A stretch of DNA of 32,000 nucleotides from an uncultured bacterium (GTDB taxonomy: Bacteria > Auribacterota > JACPWU01): NCBI GenBank assembly GCA_964640155.1, contig CAZXEQ010000001.1:546403-578402 (forward strand). The letters run 5' to 3'. The position numbers and the translations under genes were made by a program. Shown piece after piece: positions 1-7,171 of the stretch (positions within the stretch are counted from its first letter, which is position 1; each line of letters starts with the position of its first letter). The notes beneath the pieces were generated by a model. The model searched no databases. It saw nothing but the letters and a program-made list of their open reading frames with translations, and was not told the origin of the DNA.

Positions 1-34
1 TTTAAAAATCAAAACTTCTAATCTTTAATTTTAT

Positions 35-826
35 TTAGCCCACCAATGTCTTTAAATATTCGCCACTATCCCTACGCAAAGGAATCGGTCCTTCTGCAGA
101 ACCATTGATAAATTGCTGAACTATTGGATTTTTAGAATTTCGTATCTCATCCGGTGTTCCAGACTCAATGATTTTACCTCCATGCATCATCACCATTTGA
201 TCTGCAATGCGAAAACCGGATGTCATTTCATGTGTTACCACAATAGAAGTAATTCCTAATTTTTTACTCAAGTCCAAAATCATTTGATCAATAGAAGCTA
301 AAGTAACAGGATCTAAACCTGCTCCCGGTTCATCATAAAAAACCAATTCTGGATCAAGCGCTAAAGCTCGGGCAATCCCTACCCTCTTTTTCATTCCTCC
401 ACTGATTTGAGAAGGCATCAAGTTTTCAAATCCACTTAAACCTACCAGTTCTAATTTAATGCGAACCATGATTTGAATAATTTTATCATTTAAAGAAGCA
501 TGCTCTCTTAAAGGGAAGGCCACATTTTCTCCCACCGTCATTGAATTAAAAAGAGCAGCACTTTGATAAAGAATCCCTATTTTTCTTCGAATCTTGTCAA
601 GTTCACCTTGATTCATTTGCGTAATATCTTCATTAAAAAGAAGAATGTTTCCACTATCTGGACGCAAAGTCCCCACCAAATGTTTAAGGAAAGTACTTTT
701 TCCACAACCACTCATTCCCATAATCACGAGAATAGACCCTTTTTTAACGGTGAGATTGAGCTGATCCAACACTCGTCTTGGACCAAAACTTTTCACCAAA
801 TTTTTAACTTCGATAATTGCGTCCAT
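35..826 (-). CDS. mlaF: ABC transporter ATP-binding protein, MlaF/Mkl-type
   Basis: 263-aa ORF. Walker A GMSGCGKST, signature ISGGMKKRVGIARAL, Walker B LVFYDEPGAGLDP, H-loop VVTHE. Lies downstream of an MlaE-type permease on the same strand. Confidence 0.85.
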   Translation of the reverse strand: MDAIIEVKNLVKSFGPRRVLDQLNLTVKKGSILVIMGMSGCGKSTFLKHLVGTLRPDSGNILLFNEDITQMNQGELDKIRRKIGILYQSAALFNSMTVGENVAFPLREHASLNDKIIQIMVRIKLELVGLSGFENLMPSQISGGMKKRVGIARALALDPELVFYDEPGAGLDPVTLASIDQMILDLSKKLGITSIVVTHEMTSGFRIADQMVMMHGGKIIESGTPDEIRNSKNPIVQQFINGSAEGPIPLRRDSGEYLKTLVG

Positions 827-866
827 AAATTATCCACTCTATCTTCAAAACTATTCTGGTTAATAG

Positions 867-1004
867 ACCTCTCAAAAAGGTTTAGCTGCAAGGCATCTGC
901 AAGCGACTGCGGTGATCCCGATATATCGGGACCGCACAAAGAAGCGCAGCGGACAGCGAAGCAGTCCTTTAGGGCAACACAGCAGATGAGCCTTTTTCAG
1001 AGGT
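867..1004 (-). promoter_or_regulatory. GC-rich nested-helix element in the mlaE-mlaF spacer
   Basis: Closing helix 867-880 with 991-1004 (13 of 14). Inner helices 894-900 with 982-988, 905-910 with 961-966, 909-913 with 931-935. Apical palindrome CCCGATA/TATCGGG at 917-930. Confidence 0.5.
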
Positions 1005-1005
1005 T

Positions 1006-1788
1006 TTACAAAAAATAAAAGTATGCATTCCAAATACAGTCCACAATAATAACGAGAATCATTGAGGCAACTACAGAAAGTGTCGTTGCTTTTCCTACCC
1101 CTTCCGCCCCTCCTTGTACAATCAAACCTTGATAACATCCCATAAAGCTAATAATGGCACCAAAGGAAAAACTTTTAATCAACCCCGTCTGAATATCCTT
1201 TAAAACCAACGATTCAAATGTGCGTGAAATATAATAGGTTGTATCAATGTCTAAAGTAAGATGCCCTATGATATAGCCGCCTATAATTCCAATGAGATTG
1301 GCCAAAATAGTGAGGCAAGGAACCATCAAAAAAAGAGCTAAAAAACGTGGAGCCACCAAATAACGAACAGGATCCACTCCCATGGTTTCAAGAGCATCAA
1401 TTTCTTCAGAAACTTTCATGGTACCAATTTCAGCCGCAATTCCAGCTCCAACGCGACCTGAAACAACAATGGCTGTTACAAGAGGTCCCAATTCACGGGT
1501 AAAAGAAATTCCTACCAAGCCTGCAATTAAAATTTCTCCCCCTAATTTTTTAAGCTGATACGCAGTGAGCATAGCAAGCGTCAGCCCTAAAAAAAACGAG
1601 ACAAGAGAAACAATGGTTAAAGAACGAACTCCTCCATCCAACATTTGCTTCACTGTTTCTTTAAGACTCACGGGTTTACGCCTGACAAAACCCATCACAA
1701 GCCAAACAAAAGTTTGCCCCATCAAAAAAAGAAAGCTTTCCAAATGACAAAGAGCCGGTTTAACCCAAAGCTGCCAAGATTTGATCAA
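1006..1788 (-). CDS. mlaE: ABC transporter permease, MlaE/YrbE-type
   Basis: 260-aa polytopic ORF with the family block EIGTMKVSEEIDALETMGVDPVRYLVAPRFLA. Its start lies 1 nt after the stop of the STAS gene. Confidence 0.8.
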   Translation of the reverse strand: MIKSWQLWVKPALCHLESFLFLMGQTFVWLVMGFVRRKPVSLKETVKQMLDGGVRSLTIVSLVSFFLGLTLAMLTAYQLKKLGGEILIAGLVGISFTRELGPLVTAIVVSGRVGAGIAAEIGTMKVSEEIDALETMGVDPVRYLVAPRFLALFLMVPCLTILANLIGIIGGYIIGHLTLDIDTTYYISRTFESLVLKDIQTGLIKSFSFGAIISFMGCYQGLIVQGGAEGVGKATTLSVVASMILVIIVDCIWNAYFYFL

Positions 1789-1789
1789 T

Positions 1790-2140
1790 TTACATTCCTT
1801 TCAGTGCTTCAACTTCATCTTTGTAAATTTGAAAAACCTTCTCCAGGCGTGTGATTTCAAACAGCCCTTGTAAACCCGCACTCACAGCAAAAAGAGCAAA
1901 GAAGACATTGCGCTTCTTTGCAATTTGAAAAGCCTCAATAAGCGTGGCAAGCCCTGAGCTATCCATATACGAGACTTGCTTTAAATTGATCAAGAGTTTG
2001 CGAGGATTTTTATGCAAAAGTTCTTCAAATCGTTTTCGAACGATAGGAGAGCGATAAAGATCGATTTCACCCCCCAAATCGACAATACAAGATCCGTCTA
2101 TCTCACGAACTAAAATCTCAATTTCATTTTTCTTCGGCAT
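1790..2140 (-). CDS. STAS-domain anti-sigma-factor antagonist (RsbV/SpoIIAA-like)
   Basis: 116-aa ORF. The motif YMDSSGLATLIE matches the phosphorylatable DSSGL serine motif of SpoIIAA/RsbV. Overlaps the kinase gene by 17 nt. Confidence 0.8.
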   Translation of the reverse strand: MPKKNEIEILVREIDGSCIVDLGGEIDLYRSPIVRKRFEELLHKNPRKLLINLKQVSYMDSSGLATLIEAFQIAKKRNVFFALFAVSAGLQGLFEITRLEKVFQIYKDEVEALKGM

Positions 2141-2531
2141 ATTTTTTCATCCTCAAAATATTCATTCCTCTTGATCTTGCGTACTCCACTTCATCCATCA
2201 TTTTTTTAATAAAGAAAACGCCCAACCCTCCGGGTCTCACTTTATTCAAAGGACGATGTTTAATTTTTTTACAATCCATGGGACGTCCCTGATCCTTTAA
2301 AATAAATTCTAGCGCCTTCTTTTTTTCTTTGCACTCCAAGGTAATCAAACCTTCTTCGCAACCACAATAGCTATGACGAATGATGTTGGCACAAGCTTCA
2401 TCTACGGCCAACACCAATCCTTGGATTTGAGTTTTAGAAAATCCAAAATTGGAAGCAACTTCCTTGACTAACAATCGAATATATTGAAGCCAACGCGGAT
2501 GGCTTTGAAAAGAAATTTTAACTTTACGCAT
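2124..2531 (-). CDS. Anti-sigma regulatory factor, serine protein kinase (RsbW/SpoIIAB-like HATPase)
   Basis: 135-aa ORF. N-box-like DEACANIIRH, then DQG and GGLG G-box-like motifs. Located between the PP2C phosphatase and STAS genes. Confidence 0.75.
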   Translation of the reverse strand: MRKVKISFQSHPRWLQYIRLLVKEVASNFGFSKTQIQGLVLAVDEACANIIRHSYCGCEEGLITLECKEKKKALEFILKDQGRPMDCKKIKHRPLNKVRPGGLGVFFIKKMMDEVEYARSRGMNILRMKKYAEEK

Positions 2532-2538
2532 CGCTCTC

Positions 2539-3822
2539 CTACCCTTTGTATTTGACAGCCATCATTGTAACATCATCTGGAATCGCAAATGACCCAGAAA
2601 AATGATTTATTTCATCTAAAACTGAAGTAACAATTTCTTTTGGCAAAGAGTTTGAAGGCAATTGGCTTAAGCATTTTTCGAAACGCTTCCAGCCAAATTC
2701 TTCACCTTCAGGATTTCGTGCTTCAATCGTACCATCTGTTAGGAAAATAAGGGTATCCCCTTTTTTAATGGGGATCTCCTTTGTTGGAAATTGTGTTCGA
2801 GATAAAATTCCAAGAGGAAGAGCATCTCCTCCAGAAATTTTTTCAAAACCTTTTTTATTTTCTCGATAAACATAAAGAGGTAAATGCCCCGCATTTGCAA
2901 TTTCTATCTTAGATTGATAGGTATCCACAACGACATAACATAAGGTAACAAACATTCCCATCGTAGATCTTTTCACCAAGCGGTTATTTAGCTTCTCAAG
3001 CATTTTAGACATATTCTGATCTGAAAAAGCTTCTAGACGAAATTCACTTAAAGTTCGAATCATATAAAGAGAGGCTGGTATTCCTCTACCCGAAACATCA
3101 CCAATCAAAGCTCCCCATCGACCTTTACCTAAAGTTAAAAAATCGTAAAAATCTCCTCCTATCTCTTGCGCAGCTTTTGTTTTAACAAAAGCTTCTATAG
3201 TTTTAAAAAGAGGAAATTCTTTTTTAAGGAAATTGTCTTGAATTTGTTTTGCAATCAAAAGACTTTGTTCTAAAGCTTGTTGTTCAAGCTTTGCTTGGGT
3301 AAGGCGAGCATTCTCAACAGCAATCGCGGCAAGACTAGAGAAAGCACTTAACAACTCTAAATCAGAAGAAACAAAAACATCCTTATGAATAGAATTAATC
3401 GCTTCTAAAACACCAATAATTTTTCCATGAACACACATCGGAACACATAAAATAGATTTGGTTTTAAAACCGGTGGTTTGATCAAAACCAGAAAAAAACC
3501 TTTTGTCTTTTTGGGCATCCGGAACCAAAAGTGGTTTACCTTTTTCGGCAACCCATCCTGCTATTCCTTGTCCAACTTTGAGAGAAAACTTTTTCTTAAC
3601 CTCTTCGCCTTTGTCTCCCAAAGCGACTTGGCAATCTAAAAGACCGGTTTTGGGATTAAGAATAAGAAGACTTGAAGCCTGAGCATCCACAACTCGTTTG
3701 GCAATTTCCATCACCAAATCAAGGACTTCGTCAATCTGTAAAGATGAAATCACAAGCGTACTTGCTTCAATGAGACCATAGAGTTTCTGAATCTGCTGCT
3801 CAAGCTCTTGAATGCGATTCAT
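2539..3822 (-). CDS. GAF-domain PP2C (SpoIIE/RsbU-like) serine phosphatase
   Basis: 427-aa ORF. N-terminal coiled coil plus GAF-like region, C-terminal PP2C motifs GGDFYDF and FLTDGTIEA. Confidence 0.8.
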   Translation of the reverse strand: MNRIQELEQQIQKLYGLIEASTLVISSLQIDEVLDLVMEIAKRVVDAQASSLLILNPKTGLLDCQVALGDKGEEVKKKFSLKVGQGIAGWVAEKGKPLLVPDAQKDKRFFSGFDQTTGFKTKSILCVPMCVHGKIIGVLEAINSIHKDVFVSSDLELLSAFSSLAAIAVENARLTQAKLEQQALEQSLLIAKQIQDNFLKKEFPLFKTIEAFVKTKAAQEIGGDFYDFLTLGKGRWGALIGDVSGRGIPASLYMIRTLSEFRLEAFSDQNMSKMLEKLNNRLVKRSTMGMFVTLCYVVVDTYQSKIEIANAGHLPLYVYRENKKGFEKISGGDALPLGILSRTQFPTKEIPIKKGDTLIFLTDGTIEARNPEGEEFGWKRFEKCLSQLPSNSLPKEIVTSVLDEINHFSGSFAIPDDVTMMAVKYKG

Positions 3823-3853
3823 GCATGTTCCTAAGAGGGTTTGACTTCAATTT

Positions 3854-3882
3854 ATTATAGAGATCTACAATTAAAGGAGCAA
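3854..3882 (-). promoter_or_regulatory. Candidate sigma70 promoter for the partner-switching/mla operon
   Basis: On the minus strand: TTGCTC, 17 nt, TATAAT. The -10 hexamer ends about 32 nt upstream of the ATG at 3822, with an AGGAA RBS between them. Confidence 0.35.
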
Positions 3883-3900
3883 AGGAAAAGAAAAGTGATT

Positions 3901-3973
3901 AAGGGCTAAGAGTTAAGGGCTATGGGCTAAAAAACATCGAATTTTTCTAGCCCTTCCCTCTTAGCCCCTAGCC
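3901..3973. repeat. Imperfect 73-bp palindrome built from GGGCTA/TAGCCC units
   Basis: GGGCTAAGAG (3903-3912) is perfectly complementary to CTCTTAGCCC (3958-3967). AAGGGCTA (3915-3922) pairs with TAGCCCTT (3948-3955). AAAAA pairs with TTTTT around the loop CATCGAA. Confidence 0.6.
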
Positions 3974-4121
3974 GATAGCATGTATAAAAGTGTGTACTTT
4001 ATGTATGCGGGTGACACTCGGCGGGGAGCCCCGCCGCGCGCAATTTTTCATGAGCACGGTGGGGCTGACGAGTGTCAGGCCCTGCTACTTTTCTAAAAGT
4101 ACACACTTTTATGTACAACAT
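3974..4121 (+). mobile_element. 148-bp MITE-like element, copy 1 (GC-rich structured core, inverted arms)
   Basis: Perfect 17-bp inverted arms at 3984-4000 and 4096-4112. GC-rich core at about 4007-4085. Exact 9-bp direct repeat CCCCTAGCC at 3965-3973 and 4122-4130. Homologous to the copies at 23644-23791 and 29081-29228. Confidence 0.7.
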
Positions 4122-4150
4122 CCCCTAGCCCTGTTTTTCTAAGTAATCTT

Positions 4151-4179
4151 TTGACACCATCGATTCACTGTTATAAAAT
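4151..4179 (+). promoter_or_regulatory. Near-consensus sigma70 promoter of the pilus-like cluster
   Basis: TTGACA (4151-4156), 17-nt spacer, TAAAAT (4174-4179). The predicted start site falls within a few nt of the ATG at 4188. Confidence 0.5.
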
Positions 4180-4187
4180 TCGAGCTC

Positions 4188-4757
4188 ATGAGACAAAAGA
4201 TATTCCTGGGGGTTGTCTTTATCATCTTTTCATTAAGCTCTGGCTTTTTAGAATCTGCCAGCAAAACCAAGCATCCTCTTGTTTTAGATAAAATCAATGT
4301 GGATTACCGCTCTAAGGGAGGCTCTGGTTTTGAAGGATTTGAATCCAAAGGCCTCTCCTCACTCAATCAAGCCAATCAGAATCTTGGCAAATGGGCTCAA
4401 ATAGAAGTTCAGTATCGAAGTTCTTTAGCATGGACAGATGAACTCGTTCTTAAATTTTATGTTTTAACAGATCGCACCGTTCTTCAAGACAGTATCACGC
4501 AAATCAATGTTCCCCAGGGCCGCCGACATTTTGCTGTTGTCTATCTTCATCCCACCACATTACAACGCTATGGAGAAATAAAAAGAGCGGCTGTTCAAAT
4601 TTTTCACAGAGGGGAATTAATAGACACCGATCAATGGCCTCAAAGAACAAAAAAAGAATGGTGGAAAGAATATCCTGGCAGAGAAGGTCTTTTAAAAAAG
4701 GAATTTCAAACCCCTTTTATTTTAGATCACCCCAGTCGATATGAAGATACGAAATAA
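4188..4757 (+). CDS. Secreted hypothetical protein, first gene of the pilus-like cluster
   Basis: 189-aa ORF with an N-terminal signal-like segment MRQKIFLGVVFIIFSLSSGFLESA. I recognise no motif. Confidence 0.6.
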   Translation: MRQKIFLGVVFIIFSLSSGFLESASKTKHPLVLDKINVDYRSKGGSGFEGFESKGLSSLNQANQNLGKWAQIEVQYRSSLAWTDELVLKFYVLTDRTVLQDSITQINVPQGRRHFAVVYLHPTTLQRYGEIKRAAVQIFHRGELIDTDQWPQRTKKEWWKEYPGREGLLKKEFQTPFILDHPSRYEDTK

Positions 4758-4817
4758 GCATAAAATCGGGGCAACCGGTTAATTGGAAAACCGGTGAACA
4801 ATGTTATTAGGAGCATC

Positions 4818-6416
4818 ATGGCTCAAAAATCTTTTGTTTGTATTGATATCGGCAGTTATCATCTCAAAGTCGCTCTTTTTACCAAACAAGGCAAAAAGCT
4901 AAGTTTAGTAAAATTTTTGTTCGAGAAGATTAATCTGCCCTCAGGAGATGCATTCAAAGAGGCTATTCCTTCCGTTCTTACTACTTTGAGCTCGATGCTC
5001 TTAAAAATGAATATCGAACCAAAATCAAACCTTTTTTATCTTTCATTGCCAGGGCAGCTTACATTCTGCAGGCTTTTAAAATTACCCTTGGTAGATCGAA
5101 GCAAGATTCATCAAATGGTTCAATACGAAGCCCAGCAGCAAGTCCCGTTTTCTTTAGATGAAGTCACTTGGGATTATGAAGTACTGGGTAATCCTGATCC
5201 GGAACATCTACATGTTTTGCTTACAGCTCTGCGTAAAGAATGGGGGCATGAGCTCCTAAAATATCTTAGATCTCGAGGGATTGAAGTCGAATTAATTGCA
5301 GCATCTCCGCTTGCTTCCTATCATTGTTTATCACAAATAGCTCCTGCAAAGACAGATCCTATTGTCCTTATGAATATTGGGCACAAAGCAACCAATCTCA
5401 TTATTTACAACTCATCGACTGTATGGGTTAGAACGATCCCCATCGGAGGAGATGACTTTACAAAAGAAGTTCAAAAAGAAACAAGGCCTGATTCAACCCC
5501 TTCAGATCAAAGCGAAAATTCTTCAGCATCAACAGAACAAAAAATGATGGCCGCCCTTGAAACGGCCTCTAAACGTTTGAGTACGGAGTTAGCCAGATCG
5601 ATCGGATTCTACAACACTCAATTTGGTTCAAGCAAAATTTCAGCAGCATACTTGACTGGAGGAGCATCTCAAATCTCAAGCCTAGAAGAAAATTTAAATC
5701 GAAGACTCTCAGTTAAAATTTCTCCTCTTAACCCTTTTGAGGGACTTCCAATCGAAAATTTATCAGGAGAATCCCCTTTTCTTTTAAGTGAAATTGCTGG
5801 CCTTGCCTTAAGAGCAGATAACATTATCCCCAGCCAAATCAATCTTCTTCCTAAGTCTTATCTCTCTGAAAGAAAGCTGGCCAAAAAGAAAGAATATTTT
5901 TTTTATTCAGCCATCACTCTTCTTTTGATTCTGCTTGTTCAAATTCTTTCTTATCGCCAACTTGCATCTATTAAAAAAACCAAATTAGAAAATATTCAGA
6001 AAATCTCTCAAGATATTAAGATTTACTCTCAAGAGATAAAAACTGCTGTTGATCAAACCCAAAACTATTCGCTTCAAATACTAGAGATTGAACGAATGAC
6101 GAAAGAGCGAGCCTTTTGGGTTTACTTTTTTCAAGAAATCGAAAAGGCAACTCCTCCTAACATCTGGCTTACAAAATTTACAACTTCTTATCTTCAAGAA
6201 CCCAATCGTGTCCTTCCAGAACGATCCAAAGGATCTCCTCCTGGGATTATTCTCTTCACTTTTTACTGTAAAACAAACGGGACTTACAAAGATGTTTCAG
6301 ATTTTCGCGAAAAACTTGAGAAGCTCTCCCTTTTTCAAACCGTACAAATTCGATCGGCGAATCCCCCTATCAATAATATTCGTGATTTTGTGATACAAGC
6401 AGAGGTTAAAGAATGA
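4818..6416 (+). CDS. pilM: Type IV pilus assembly protein, PilM-PilN fusion
   Basis: N-terminal actin-like PilM start FVCIDIGSYHLKVAL. A PilN-type INLLPKSYL motif plus TM helix follows after about 345 aa. Start at ATG 4818 is preferred (AGGAG 5 nt upstream) over GTG 4794. Confidence 0.75.
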   Translation: MAQKSFVCIDIGSYHLKVALFTKQGKKLSLVKFLFEKINLPSGDAFKEAIPSVLTTLSSMLLKMNIEPKSNLFYLSLPGQLTFCRLLKLPLVDRSKIHQMVQYEAQQQVPFSLDEVTWDYEVLGNPDPEHLHVLLTALRKEWGHELLKYLRSRGIEVELIAASPLASYHCLSQIAPAKTDPIVLMNIGHKATNLIIYNSSTVWVRTIPIGGDDFTKEVQKETRPDSTPSDQSENSSASTEQKMMAALETASKRLSTELARSIGFYNTQFGSSKISAAYLTGGASQISSLEENLNRRLSVKISPLNPFEGLPIENLSGESPFLLSEIAGLALRADNIIPSQINLLPKSYLSERKLAKKKEYFFYSAITLLLILLVQILSYRQLASIKKTKLENIQKISQDIKIYSQEIKTAVDQTQNYSLQILEIERMTKERAFWVYFFQEIEKATPPNIWLTKFTTSYLQEPNRVLPERSKGSPPGIILFTFYCKTNGTYKDVSDFREKLEKLSLFQTVQIRSANPPINNIRDFVIQAEVKE

Positions 6417-7165
6417 ACATTTCTTTTCGTATAAAAACACTTTTTGGAATCATCATGACCGTCGTGGCAGTACTGATTATCTTATCTTCTTTTTTTCTAA
6501 AACGCTCCGTGTCTAAAAAAATAGAACTCGACAAAACCTATGAAAGTGCTCTTCAAGAAGCAAAATCTATTCTGGCCTCTAGTAAAGTGATCCCCACCCA
6601 TAACCGCGTTGCAAAATTCCAACTACAACAGACTCAAATTCAAAAGCAATACGAAGATTTACTCACACTGCTCGACACCGCAAGTGTTCCTCAAATCAAC
6701 TTTACTCCTTTGGAATTTAAAGAGGATCTGTTAAAAACACATCGTCTCTTAGTAGAACGCGCAAATCTTTGGAACATTAAACTTCCTATTTCATTGGGAT
6801 TCCCTGAATTTGAAGGAGGAAACATTCCTTCTCAAGAAGACATCCCTCCTCTGGCGCTTCAATTAAATGCATTAAGAACTTTAATTAATCTCCTCATCGA
6901 ATCTCGGGTGCAAGAAGTGGGACTGCTTTCTAAAAAAGAAATTAGAAGCGTCAGCCTCATTGCGAATCAAACCATGTATAAGATTTTACCTTTCGAACTT
7001 GCTTTTAAAGCTACAACGGAAGGCTTAAGAACCTTTCTCTATAAAATCTCTTCCTCCGGTCATCTTTTTATTATTCGAAAAATTAATTTGGAATCTGAAA
7101 AAGGAGATGGAGTTGCTGTTAACATGACTGTTGAAGCCATTAAACTTAAGAGGAGCTCCGAATAA
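6413..7165 (+). CDS. PilO-like bitopic membrane protein
   Basis: 250-aa ORF with an N-terminal TM helix followed by a coiled-coil-like region. ATGA overlap with pilMN. The call rests on position and architecture only. Confidence 0.45.
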   Translation: MNISFRIKTLFGIIMTVVAVLIILSSFFLKRSVSKKIELDKTYESALQEAKSILASSKVIPTHNRVAKFQLQQTQIQKQYEDLLTLLDTASVPQINFTPLEFKEDLLKTHRLLVERANLWNIKLPISLGFPEFEGGNIPSQEDIPPLALQLNALRTLINLLIESRVQEVGLLSKKEIRSVSLIANQTMYKILPFELAFKATTEGLRTFLYKISSSGHLFIIRKINLESEKGDGVAVNMTVEAIKLKRSSE

Positions 7166-7171
7166 ACGCTC

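Noticed and set aside
563-1138. ORFs 563-1018 (+) and 872-1138 (-) across the mlaF, spacer and mlaE region
   Set aside because: They overlap strongly supported mla genes on the opposite strand or run through the structured spacer. Their composition is odd and they have no RBS.
3839-3860. + strand TTGACT followed by TATAGA, promoter-like
   Set aside because: The spacer is only about 9-11 nt and there is no + strand gene to serve. The minus-strand TATAAT promoter explains the region better.
4061-4068. GGGGCUGA resembles a tmRNA 5' end, and GGCAGGACCC resembles the 4.5S RNA 3' region
   Set aside because: The element is only 148 nt and is present three times. It lacks a tRNA-like 3' end, a tag ORF and the SRP GGAA/AGCAGC domain IV motifs.
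4065-4072. CUGACGAG in the MITE core resembles the hammerhead CUGANGA box
   Set aside because: There is no appropriately placed GAAA or UH cleavage-site arrangement, and the motif is absent from copy 2 (GCCAAGTG).
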